A DNA stretch of 62,726 nt, filler included. It is 7 parts of 7 records of this genome, joined end to end, with 100 filler letters (N's around TTAATTAATTAA, not from the genome) between each part and the next. Parts side by side here need not be neighbours in the genome. Positions count along the whole stretch, not along the records: positions 37,112 to 44,333 come from SRR31156797_54566; positions 44,434 to 50,519 come from SRR31156797_54619; 5 more parts are not named here. One strand, 5' to 3'. The notes under the pieces were generated by a model, which was given only the letters and a program-made list of their open reading frames with translations, made no database searches and was not told where the DNA came from. Below, piece after piece: positions 39,246 to 48,797 of this stretch (position 1 is the stretch's first letter; each line of letters starts with the position of its first letter). Made by a program: the position numbers and the translations under genes.

Positions 39246-40260
39246 CGGCGTTCGACAGCCTGTCGAGTTTCCATCTCAAATAAATTTTCATGATACCATG
39301 GGTCAGAAAGGTGACGGCAAGACCGATGAGGGCAGACCATCCAGGGGTTAATTGCTGGTAGTTGAAAATCAGCATGCCCCAACCCATCAGAACCCACTGG
39401 ATAATATAAATGCCGGTGACATGCTTGCTCCAGAAGATCAATAGGTTAGACACATTAAAGCCTGCCACATACCTTTCCATAAAACACAATAGCCAAAGCC
39501 ATACGAAAACAAAGCCGGTGATCATCAGATGGCCCTGAAAGCCGCACCGGTTGTATTCGCCCAGGGGCATCCAGGGGATGTCGACCCATGCCCATATCAC
39601 CCCTCCTAGAAGAAACAGCCCGGTCCCGGCTATGGCGGTTTGGTTCATAAACCGCCCTATGTTTTCAGCCCGGTTGAAAAACTTTCCCCAAATCATTCCC
39701 ACCAGAGGATAGACCAGCCAGGGAAACAGGGGAAAGGCCACATTATCATGAGTTCCCCAGAATAGGTCAGACACCGGGTTGTGTGGAGCAAGTTGCCACA
39801 ACAAGGGGGACATCATTGCCACATAAAGGGTGATACTCACCCAAATCATTATATCCATCCGACGGATCAGTCCCATGATGATGAGGCTTAAACCCGCCAG
39901 CTGCAGGATATCCACTCCCATGAGCAGACCTAAGGGGGAATCAGGACCCGAAGTCGGATAATCGCCGTAGATCAGGGTGGGAAAAACAAACCGGAAAAGG
40001 TTCAGAGCATATCCCAAAGCCATGAGCTTCAAGCCCCTGACGGTAGATGATTTCATATCCTTTGTCTTCAAAAAAAAGACACCCATGATCAGCATGAACA
40101 CCGGTGCGGCCGGTGCCGTGCCCGACAGCACAATCAAATCGCCGATTAGGGTACCGCCCCCTTCATTAACAGCGTACATGATCATCCCGTGTTGCATGAT
40201 CATGAAAAATGCGGCCAGCCCCCGGGCCAGATCCAGAAAGCAGATCCGTTTTTCACTCAT
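39241..40260 (-). CDS. DUF1624 / HGSNAT-like multi-TM membrane acyltransferase-family protein
   Basis: RICFLDLARGLA..MIMQH, AAPVFM..MG, VDILQLAG, FPLFPWL. Confidence 0.85.
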   Translation of the reverse strand: MSEKRICFLDLARGLAAFFMIMQHGMIMYAVNEGGGTLIGDLIVLSGTAPAAPVFMLIMGVFFLKTKDMKSSTVRGLKLMALGYALNLFRFVFPTLIYGDYPTSGPDSPLGLLMGVDILQLAGLSLIIMGLIRRMDIMIWVSITLYVAMMSPLLWQLAPHNPVSDLFWGTHDNVAFPLFPWLVYPLVGMIWGKFFNRAENIGRFMNQTAIAGTGLFLLGGVIWAWVDIPWMPLGEYNRCGFQGHLMITGFVFVWLWLLCFMERYVAGFNVSNLLIFWSKHVTGIYIIQWVLMGWGMLIFNYQQLTPGWSALIGLAVTFLTHGIMKIYLRWKLDRLSNAD

Positions 40261-40319
40261 TTTACCTCCTTTGGCTATCCAGTTTTATTTTTTTTCCCAT
40301 GATCAAAATAATCTGTGCT

Positions 40320-40370
40320 GGGTTAACGCAGGGTTAATCATTTAAACAGGCTCTTAACCCCTCGTTAACC
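40320..40370. promoter_or_regulatory. Two oppositely oriented direct-repeat operators in a divergent promoter
   Basis: GGGTTAAC-GCA-GGGTTAAT (40320-40338) and CTTAACC-CCTC-GTTAACC (40353-40370), each with an 11-bp period. Confidence 0.7.
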
Positions 40371-40417
40371 ACCCGTTGTGTATGATTTTCGTAAAATTAA
40401 AAAAGGAGAGATACCAT

Positions 40418-41806
40418 ATGTATAAATGCTCAAGGATCGTCATAATTTTGTGCCTGGCAATGATGGGCCAGGGATGTGCGGTATTATGGGAACCAGTGAT
40501 CCCGAACATCCCTGGCCTGCCGGAAAAATTCGTTAATGCACCAAAAATATCCGACTTGAAAGTCACCGCCGACTTACTCGATCTGGTCAAGGACGATCAC
40601 TGCCGCGCTCTGGTGGCCGAAGCACTTGAAAACAATCACGATATCCAGGCGGCGGCCCTTCGGCTAAAGTCTGCGGGCTTTCTGCTGTCACAGACAGGTG
40701 CAGCAAGACTGCCCCGATTTGATGCCGGATATGCCGGAAGCCGGAACAATCAGTCATTAGGAAGGCAAGTCCAAAGCAGCCACCGGGTTTCCCTGTCCTT
40801 TTCCTGGGAACTGGATGTCTGGGGAAAGCTGGCCGACCGGCATAAAGCCCGGGAAAAGGATTTTACGGCCCGCAAGCTTGAATATTGCAGGGCCATGGAC
40901 TCCCTGGCCGCCCGGGTCATACAGGCCTGGTTACGGATTAAATCAAATAAAATGAATCTGGGCATCCACGAAAAACGGGTGAAAATCTACCAGCAAATAG
41001 AAAAGACCATCCTGGAAAAATACAAGGCCGGTCTGGGAAATCTCCAGGATATTTCCGCGGCGCGTTCAAGAACCAACCAGTCCCGGGCCGGCCTTACCCG
41101 GTCACGGGAAGTTTATCTGGCATCTGTCAGAGATCTTGAACCACTTCTGGGACGTTATCCTGCAACCCTCATTGAAGTGGCATCCGGCTTGCCCGATGTT
41201 CATCTTTGCTCTCCTGAAGTACCGATTTCAGTTCTAACCAACCGGCCGGATGTACAGGCGGCTGTTAATAGGGCTGAATCTTTTGTGAGTGATTCAAAAG
41301 CTGCATCTAAACTGATGCTGCCTAATATCAGGCTGACCGGTAATATTTTTCGGGATAATTCTCAATTGGGCGGTCTCGGGTCTTCAAAAAATGCCTGGAA
41401 CCTTTTGGGTGATCTGTTGTTTCCCGTTTTTAACGCCGGCAGGATAAAAGATGAGGCAAAATCAGCCAATGCCCTTGCTCAGGCTGCGTATCAAGACCTT
41501 GGCGTGACTGTTTTACAGGCAATGAAAGAGGTTGAAAATGCGTTTTCCAGGGAGATCCATTTAAAAAAGCGATTGAGTTTTCTTCAAAAGGCCCTGGGGG
41601 ATGCCCGGCTAAGCAGTGGTTACTATGAGGCCCGTTTCAAAGAAGGGCTGGCCAGCATTATTGAACTTCATACAGCCCGGGAGCAGGAACTTGAAATTCT
41701 TAGCGCCATTCTTGATGTGAAAGCATCCCGGATGGTGAACCGTGTAGACATTGCCCTGGCGCTTGGCACCGGGGTTTTGGAAAGGAACATAAATGAAACT
41801 ATCTAA
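40418..41806 (+). CDS. Outer membrane efflux lipoprotein (OprM/NodT family)
   Basis: Lipobox GQGC, SWELDVWG, RPDVQAA, FNAG. AGGAG RBS. Confidence 0.9.
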   Translation: MYKCSRIVIILCLAMMGQGCAVLWEPVIPNIPGLPEKFVNAPKISDLKVTADLLDLVKDDHCRALVAEALENNHDIQAAALRLKSAGFLLSQTGAARLPRFDAGYAGSRNNQSLGRQVQSSHRVSLSFSWELDVWGKLADRHKAREKDFTARKLEYCRAMDSLAARVIQAWLRIKSNKMNLGIHEKRVKIYQQIEKTILEKYKAGLGNLQDISAARSRTNQSRAGLTRSREVYLASVRDLEPLLGRYPATLIEVASGLPDVHLCSPEVPISVLTNRPDVQAAVNRAESFVSDSKAASKLMLPNIRLTGNIFRDNSQLGGLGSSKNAWNLLGDLLFPVFNAGRIKDEAKSANALAQAAYQDLGVTVLQAMKEVENAFSREIHLKKRLSFLQKALGDARLSSGYYEARFKEGLASIIELHTAREQELEILSAILDVKASRMVNRVDIALALGTGVLERNINETI

Positions 41807-42968
41807 TGGAATGAAAAAATGGATTGCATTCGGCCTGATCACGGCTGCGTGCAGTTGTGGGGCAATGACACTTTATGCCATGAAACCGGTCCAGGAAAAC
41901 AGGATAAGAAAACCTGCGCCGCTCAAGCAGGTTTCTGTTCAAAGCGTGAGGCCGGGAACCTATCCGGCTAAGGTTAAAGCATATGGCGAAGTGGCGGCAA
42001 AATGGACAACTACGCTCAGATCCCAGGTCAAAGGCCGGATTACCCGCATCAATGAAAATCTCCAGCCTGGAAAGCGGCTCAAAACAGGCGAAATCATACT
42101 TGAACTGGACGGAACCCATTATCAGGAAGCCCTTGCCCAGGCAAGACTGGAGCTTGAAAATGCCCGGGTGAACCTCATCCAGGTGGAGCGTCAGGCCTCC
42201 CAGGCCAGGGCCGACTGGAAAGGTTCAGGAATCAACCAGGCACCGGCCTCTCCGCTGGTTTTTCACGAGCCCCAGCTCAAAGCGGCCCGGGCCCGTGTGG
42301 TGTATACCCAAAAGGCAGTTGGCAGGGCAAAAAATGATTTAAAACAAACCCGGATACTTGCGCCTTACGATGGTTTGGTTGCTCAGCGGTTCGCAAACAA
42401 AGGAGAGACCGTTTTTGCCGGGGACCAGATTGTAAAACTGGTCAGTGCCGATCAGGTTGAAATCGGGATAAACCTTAATGCATCCCAGGTTCAGCGCATG
42501 GGGAACTGGCAAGGGAGAGCTGTTGAGATCCTTGACCCGGCCACGGGCAGGGTATGGACCGGGAAAATGATCCGGGAGGGGGGACTGGTGGACCGGAAAA
42601 CCCGGCTGAGACGGTTTTATGTTGTGCCGTTACCGGAGGAAAAACAAACCTCTCCTTCACAGCTTTGTCCTGCAGACCTTGTCCCGGGAATGTTCGTCAC
42701 CGCCATTATCCAGGGGCAAAGCCGGGATAATCTTCTGGCCCTTCCCGAATCTTCCCTGACCCGGGACGGAGATATCTGGTTTGTGGAATCGGAAGGCCTG
42801 CTCCAGCGTCAAAAAGCAAAAACAGCCTTTTACGAAAATGGGAATGTCTATGTTGAAAACAGCCTCAATACACTATCGGTGCTGGTTGTCACGGCACCGG
42901 CTCCCGGATTTGTCGCAGGAACCAAGGTGGCCCCTGTACTAAGAGCCTGTTTAAAAGGAGACAGTTAA
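41793..42968 (+). CDS. RND periplasmic adaptor (membrane fusion protein)
   Basis: N-terminal TM, QVKGRI, ILAPYDGLV, PGMFV. Confidence 0.9.
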   Translation: MKLSNGMKKWIAFGLITAACSCGAMTLYAMKPVQENRIRKPAPLKQVSVQSVRPGTYPAKVKAYGEVAAKWTTTLRSQVKGRITRINENLQPGKRLKTGEIILELDGTHYQEALAQARLELENARVNLIQVERQASQARADWKGSGINQAPASPLVFHEPQLKAARARVVYTQKAVGRAKNDLKQTRILAPYDGLVAQRFANKGETVFAGDQIVKLVSADQVEIGINLNASQVQRMGNWQGRAVEILDPATGRVWTGKMIREGGLVDRKTRLRRFYVVPLPEEKQTSPSQLCPADLVPGMFVTAIIQGQSRDNLLALPESSLTRDGDIWFVESEGLLQRQKAKTAFYENGNVYVENSLNTLSVLVVTAPAPGFVAGTKVAPVLRACLKGDS

Positions 42969-42969
42969 C

Positions 42970-44333
42970 ATGAGTGCATTATCCGAATGGTTTACCAAAA
43001 ATCCTGTGGCCGCCAATCTTCTGGCCCTTTTGGTCATCCTGGGAGGGTTATTCACCCTTACAGATATCAGAATAGAGGGGTTTCCCAAGATTCCGCCTTC
43101 GTATATTGCCGTTGATATTGCTTATCCCGACGCCAGTGCCGAACAAGTGGACGACGGAGTTGCCGGGAAGGTGGAAAAATCCCTGGAAGGGCTGCCGGGA
43201 ATAAAAAAAATGATCTCCACCTCATTTGAAGGCGCAGCCCAGATTTTGGTCCAGAAAGAAACCGGATACGATATGATCCGTCTTCTCAACGATGTCAAAA
43301 CCCGGGTGGATGGTATCGGCAATTTCCCGGCCAAATCCGAACGGCCCATCATCAGCGTTGACGAGTTCAAGGACTTTGCCCTTCTGGTCCAGGTATATGG
43401 GGATGTGGATGAAAAAGTCCTCCAGCAGTCGGCCCGTCTGGTGGAGGTGGAACTTAAAGCAGACCCTAAAATTTCAAAGATTGAGTCATTTGGAAAAAAG
43501 CAAAGGGAAATGCGTATCGAGCTGGATATACAGCGTCTCCAAGCCTACAACCTGTCTGTGAACCAGGTGGCTGATATCGTATCCCAGAATATGTCACAGA
43601 TCGGTTTTGGCCGTCTTAAAAGCAACAACGGCCGGATCATGCTTCGGTCCGATGTTAAGCTTGAATATTATGACCAGCTCATGGACCTGCCCCTGATCAC
43701 AGCCCGGGACGGATCCTACGTATTGTTAAAGGACGTGGCAGCCATTGTCGACGGGTATGAAGACAGTGACGACAAAGCCTTTTTCCAGGGGAAACCTTCC
43801 GTGGGCATGGTGCTGTATACCAGCAATAAAGGGCATCTCATTGAAATCAGCCGGTCTGCCCATGACGTAGTGGACAAATTAAGAGATCAAATCCCGGGTA
43901 ATGTTGAACTGGACATCTGGGCAGACTACTCCGTTTATATGAAAAACCGTCTTAAGCTGCTCCAGACCAATGCCTGGCAGGGACTGCTCATCGTGTTCGT
44001 GATCCTGGCCCTGTTTCTGAACGTGAAGCTGGCGTTTTGGGTGGCCATGGGCATTCCCTTTTCCATTGCAGGGGCCGTGGCCCTCATGGGGGAGTCTTTT
44101 TTGAATTATTCTCTCAACGATATTACCACCTTCGGCATGATCATTGTCCTGGGTATCCTGGTAGATGATGCCGTTGTGGTGGGAGAATCCATATTTGAGG
44201 AACGTGAATCCTGCAAGGACCCTGTTCAAGGGACTATAAAGGGGGTTCATAAAGTGGCTGTCGCCACTGTTTTCGGCGTGCTGACTACCATCGCCGCATT
44301 CTTTCCCCTCATGCTCATTAAAAATGATTTCGG
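42970..44333 (+). CDS. AcrB-family RND permease, 3'-truncated
   Basis: WFTKNPVAANLL, GILVDDAVVVGE. Confidence 0.93.
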
Positions 44334-44433
44334 NNNNNNNNNNNNNNNNNNNNNNNNNNNNNNNNNNNNNNNNNNNNTTAATTAATTAANNNNNNNNNNN
44401 NNNNNNNNNNNNNNNNNNNNNNNNNNNNNNNNN
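44334..44433. other. Artificial contig linker
   Basis: N44-TTAATTAATTAA-N44. Confidence 0.99.
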
Positions 44434-44435
44434 TG

Positions 44436-45758
44436 GCTTCGGGCAAACGCATCGCCGGGCGTTGCGGCCTTGGAGCTCTGATGGGCTCCAAAAACCTAAA
44501 AGGCATTGTCGCTTCCGGAACCAGGAAGTTCAGCCCGGCCGATAAGGATCTCTTTAAAAAAGCTCTGGATATAGCGGTAAAAAAAGTCCGCGCCCATGAC
44601 AATACCGGGAACAGGCTTCGCAGCCTGGGCACTCCGCAAAACGTCCGCTTATACGGCGAAAACAGCATCATGCCGGTAAAAAATTTCAGCCGGTCTTCTT
44701 TCGATCGCCTGGACGACATAAGCGCGGAAAAAATACAAAAAGATCATTTTGTTAAAAATCACGGCTGCGTGGGATGTCCAATCCAGTGCGGCCGCATGGG
44801 CAATTTCAACGGCCGGGAGCTTGTTTCTCCCGAATATGAAACCATCGGCATGATGGGCTCAAACCTTCTGGTTGGAGACATATCCAGGATCGCCGACTGG
44901 AATGACAAGCTTAACCGTTTGGGCCTTGATTCCATAAGCACCGGCAACACCCTTGGTTTTGCCATGGAACTTCAGGAAAAAGGATTGCTCGACGCGGGCC
45001 TGTCTTTTGGCAGCCCCGCGGGCGTGGATTCCATTCTGGAAGACATCGCTTACCGCCGAGGTCTCGGCAATGACCTGGCCGAAGGAGTAAAACGTTTTTC
45101 CGATAAGTACGGCGGCCGCGAGTTCGCCATCCATGTCAAGGGACTGGAAATGGCCGCGTACGACCCCAGAGGCTGCTCCGGCCAGGGGCTCGGTTATGCC
45201 ACCGCCAACAGCGGGGCCACCCATCTTTCCGGAAGCACCCATGCGGTGGAAGCCGAATCCTACCTCTCGCCCCACGGCGTCAAGGGCAAGGCCCATTTTG
45301 TCAAATACATGCAGGATCTGACCGATGCGGTCAACTCCTCGATTTTCTGCATTCAAACGGAATATCCGTTTCTGGAAGAAAACTTCTCGTACAAATACAC
45401 GCCCATGCCCATACTGAGGCTGTTTATGCGGAACCTGCCGGCCCTGGCCGTAAACGCAACCGATATCTCGGATTACAGCCGCCTTCTTTCCGGGTTGCTG
45501 GGATTCCGGATATCAAAAAAGGATTTCCTAAAGGCCGGAGAAAGAATCTTCAACCTGGAAAGAATGCTCAACAACAGGGAAGGCATTGACCGTAAGGACG
45601 ACAACCTGCCCGACAGACTGCTGACCGAACGGCGCGATCCCGGAGAACCTCCCCTGGAATTGGAAAAAATGCTGGATAAATATTACCGGCTGCGCGGCTG
45701 GGATCAACAGGGCCGCCCCGCGCCAAAAGTACTCCGCCGCCTGGACATCTCTATATAA
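44436..45758 (+). CDS. Aldehyde:ferredoxin oxidoreductase family (W/Mo-pterin), 5'-truncated
   Basis: AGRCGLGALMGSKNLK, CVGCPIQC, PEYETI, GLDSIS, KGLEMAAYDPR, YY.LRGWD. Confidence 0.93.
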   Translation, partial: ASGKRIAGRCGLGALMGSKNLKGIVASGTRKFSPADKDLFKKALDIAVKKVRAHDNTGNRLRSLGTPQNVRLYGENSIMPVKNFSRSSFDRLDDISAEKIQKDHFVKNHGCVGCPIQCGRMGNFNGRELVSPEYETIGMMGSNLLVGDISRIADWNDKLNRLGLDSISTGNTLGFAMELQEKGLLDAGLSFGSPAGVDSILEDIAYRRGLGNDLAEGVKRFSDKYGGREFAIHVKGLEMAAYDPRGCSGQGLGYATANSGATHLSGSTHAVEAESYLSPHGVKGKAHFVKYMQDLTDAVNSSIFCIQTEYPFLEENFSYKYTPMPILRLFMRNLPALAVNATDISDYSRLLSGLLGFRISKKDFLKAGERIFNLERMLNNREGIDRKDDNLPDRLLTERRDPGEPPLELEKMLDKYYRLRGWDQQGRPAPKVLRRLDISI

Positions 45759-45770
45759 TGGAGGACAGTT

Positions 45771-46805
45771 ATGACCGATCCGAATCAGGAACTTGTTTTA
45801 ATCACCGGTGCATCAGGTTTTTCAGGACACCACATGGTTATGGAAGCGGTCAAGGCGGGCTTTCGGGTCCGGGCTACCGACGTTTCCAGCCGTCATTACG
45901 GGGCCATGTTCGACGCTCTTGGAGTCGAATTTATTTCCGCCGATCTGACCAGGCCCGAGTCAATATCACCCTTGCTTGAAGGCGTTAACGGCATAATCCA
46001 TGTGGCCGGCATTCACGATTATTCCACTCCCGATAAAATCATATTCGCCATTAACGTGGGCGCTGTCGAAAACCTTTGCCGGGCATCGGTCGATGCCGGC
46101 GTGAACAGGTTTGTCCATTGGTCTTCCGTGGCTGTGTACGGGTACGACTGGCATGATAAAAAACCGGTCGGCGAGGATGCTCACAAGCTCACCCCTCCCT
46201 TGAACAATTATAATGTAAGCAAGTGGGAAGGGGAAAAGATCGTCTCAAGGTATTGTAACGATAAAGGCCTGCCCGCCGTTATTCTGCGCCCGGCCGCCAT
46301 TTACGGCGTTCGAAGCGAATACGGACTGGCCAACGTCTTCAAAAACGTACACCAGAGCCGTAAAAAGAAAAAACTTTTAATGGCCGGGGACGGAACCGGC
46401 ATGGAAGCTTTCCTCCACATCAAGGACATGTGCCGCGCTTCAATTCACGCTTACCACAACCGGGACATGACCGGTCAGGCATATAACGTGGCCGACGATT
46501 CAAGAATGACCACTGAAGAATTTTTCCGGTTCGTCTGCCGCCACATGCTGGGCCATGAAAAGGAATTGCTCAAACTTCCTTTAAGCGCCCTGGTTCCGGT
46601 CGCGGTGCTATCCCAGTTCTGGGCCGGCTTGACCAAGGGTAAAAGCCTTCTGGAAAAAGCAACTCTGCATTATCTCAATTGCGATAAATGCTGGGACAAC
46701 ACCAAACTCAAGGAGACCGGTTTCAGGTTTGATTATCCGACCATGGAAGCCGGTATGAAGGAAACCCTGGATTGGTATAACCAAAACGGCTGGTTCCGAA
46801 ACTGA
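45771..46805 (+). CDS. Extended SDR, NAD-dependent epimerase / 3-beta-HSD-like
   Basis: TGASGFSG, SSVAVYG, YNVSK (YxxxK), LRPAAIYG. Confidence 0.88.
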   Translation: MTDPNQELVLITGASGFSGHHMVMEAVKAGFRVRATDVSSRHYGAMFDALGVEFISADLTRPESISPLLEGVNGIIHVAGIHDYSTPDKIIFAINVGAVENLCRASVDAGVNRFVHWSSVAVYGYDWHDKKPVGEDAHKLTPPLNNYNVSKWEGEKIVSRYCNDKGLPAVILRPAAIYGVRSEYGLANVFKNVHQSRKKKKLLMAGDGTGMEAFLHIKDMCRASIHAYHNRDMTGQAYNVADDSRMTTEEFFRFVCRHMLGHEKELLKLPLSALVPVAVLSQFWAGLTKGKSLLEKATLHYLNCDKCWDNTKLKETGFRFDYPTMEAGMKETLDWYNQNGWFRN

Positions 46806-46890
46806 TTATTAACAAGGTTGTCTTGATCAAGCCCTGCGGGGGCGGTTAGCGAACCGCAAGCCAGGCTTAATATTTAAGAAGGGGGATTAC

Positions 46891-48774
46891 ATGCGCCGAG
46901 AACTCTATACAACTTATGATCTTGTCCGGGCGAACGCGGAGCAATACCCGGACCTGACGTTCATCAGCTACTACGACCAGGTGACAACTTACAAGGACCT
47001 TGACCGCCTCACCGATGCATTTGCGGATTATCTGCTATCAAAAGGCGTAGGCAATGGCGATATTGTTTCTTTCCAGATGGGCAATTCGCCGGAATTTTTC
47101 TTTGTTCATTTGGGCGCCCAGAAAATCGGAGCCTTGGGAGGGCCGGTCAGTTGCTGGTGGCAGGCGGACGAAGTCTTGTATCTCATCAACGACTCAAAAC
47201 CGAAAGTTCTGGTCGTGGATCCCGAATACACCGGCATTGTTTCTGAAATAAAAGATAAGATGCCTTCAGTGGTCGGCATTGTCGTTAATTCCAATGAGCA
47301 CATGGACCTGGACTTCGAGCATGACTACCTGCCCGAAGTGTTGGAAAAACATTCCGGCCGCTCCCTTTCTTCCGAACCTCCAAAGCCCGAAGACCCGGCC
47401 GCCATAATGTATACATCCGGCACTACCGGGAATCCCAAGGGAGTCCTGCTCACGCACAAGGGCATTACCTATGGCGCCGAATGCAAAATCGCCCCTTTTC
47501 CCATAGAACCAGGCGACGCCACCCTGTGCGTCCTGCCGCTATTCCATTCCGGGGGCCTCAATGACCTGGCTTTTCCGGCCATTTACGCCGGCGGATCCAT
47601 AATGCTGCGGAAAAATTTTTCCGCAGGAGAATTCTGGGAATGCGTGGAAAAATACAAAATAAACGCTTTCTATATTGTGCCGACCATGTGGAATATTCTG
47701 CTCAGGGCGCCCGAATCGGAAACCGTGGACGTCAGTTCGCTGAAATTCGGCCTGTCCGGGGCCGCGCCCATACCTCCAGAACAACTTCGAGAATGCGAAC
47801 GCCGTTTTCACATTCCCATTGTCGAAGCCTATGGGGCCACGGAAAACACTGGCGGCATCACTTCAAACAGCCTGGAGTCCAGCAAGGACGGCTCAATCGG
47901 TTTTGCCTTTCCCGGCATGAAGGTCAGCGTTCTCGATGAAGACGGGGCCCCGGTCCCTGCCGGCGAAATAGGAGAAATCTGCGTAAAAGGCGACAGTGTC
48001 ATGGCCGGTTATTTTAACAATCCCCAAGCGACCGCTGAAACCATAAAAGACGGATGGCTGCTTACCGGCGACGTGGGGTACGTGGATGAGGACGGTTTCT
48101 TTTTCCTGGTCGATCGCAAAAAGGAAATGATCATCCGGGGAGGAGTAAACGTATACCCCAAGGAAATCGAAAATGTGATCGCCACACACCCAAAGGTGAA
48201 TATTGCAGCCGTGCTTCCGGAATATCATGACAAATACGGGCAGATCGCCAAGGCCTGTATTGTCCTTAAGCGCGGCGAACAGGCCGATGAAGCAGAAATA
48301 AGGTTTTTTTGCGAAAAGCGCCTGGCCGCGTACAAGGTCCCCGAGCATTTTGAATTCCTCGAAAGCATTCCCACAACCGCCGTGGGCAAGGTGGCCAAGA
48401 AGGAACTGGTCAAACAGCTTGAAGAAGAACGCACCGCCGAACCCGTGCCTGTGGCCCACTTTTTTGAAGGCATGCCCGCTCGCTTTATCCCGGAAAACGC
48501 CGAAGGCGTCAATGCCGCGGTCTCCTATAACATCACCGGCAAGGGCGGAGGCAAATGGACCGTCACTGTCAAGGACGGGCAAATGATCCTGAGCGAAGAA
48601 ATTTTAAAGGAGCCCGACGTCTACATTGTCGCCAGGGACAGTGACTACCACGACATCATGACCGGGAAGCTCGACGGCATAACCGCAGTAATGACCGGAA
48701 AAATGAAAATCGAAGGCGACGTGGCCTTTATGGGCAAGTTGCGGGAAATGATGAAACCGCTGGAAGCGGAATAA
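46891..48774 (+). CDS. Long-chain acyl-CoA ligase fused to a C-terminal SCP2 sterol/lipid-binding domain
   Basis: YTSGTTGNPKG, YGATE, TGD, K(A10). The C-terminal ~110 aa GKGGGKWTV ... AVMTGKMKIEGD are SCP2-like. Confidence 0.9.
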   Translation: MRRELYTTYDLVRANAEQYPDLTFISYYDQVTTYKDLDRLTDAFADYLLSKGVGNGDIVSFQMGNSPEFFFVHLGAQKIGALGGPVSCWWQADEVLYLINDSKPKVLVVDPEYTGIVSEIKDKMPSVVGIVVNSNEHMDLDFEHDYLPEVLEKHSGRSLSSEPPKPEDPAAIMYTSGTTGNPKGVLLTHKGITYGAECKIAPFPIEPGDATLCVLPLFHSGGLNDLAFPAIYAGGSIMLRKNFSAGEFWECVEKYKINAFYIVPTMWNILLRAPESETVDVSSLKFGLSGAAPIPPEQLRECERRFHIPIVEAYGATENTGGITSNSLESSKDGSIGFAFPGMKVSVLDEDGAPVPAGEIGEICVKGDSVMAGYFNNPQATAETIKDGWLLTGDVGYVDEDGFFFLVDRKKEMIIRGGVNVYPKEIENVIATHPKVNIAAVLPEYHDKYGQIAKACIVLKRGEQADEAEIRFFCEKRLAAYKVPEHFEFLESIPTTAVGKVAKKELVKQLEEERTAEPVPVAHFFEGMPARFIPENAEGVNAAVSYNITGKGGGKWTVTVKDGQMILSEEILKEPDVYIVARDSDYHDIMTGKLDGITAVMTGKMKIEGDVAFMGKLREMMKPLEAE

Positions 48775-48797
48775 TATAATATGGAGAATATGTAGAA

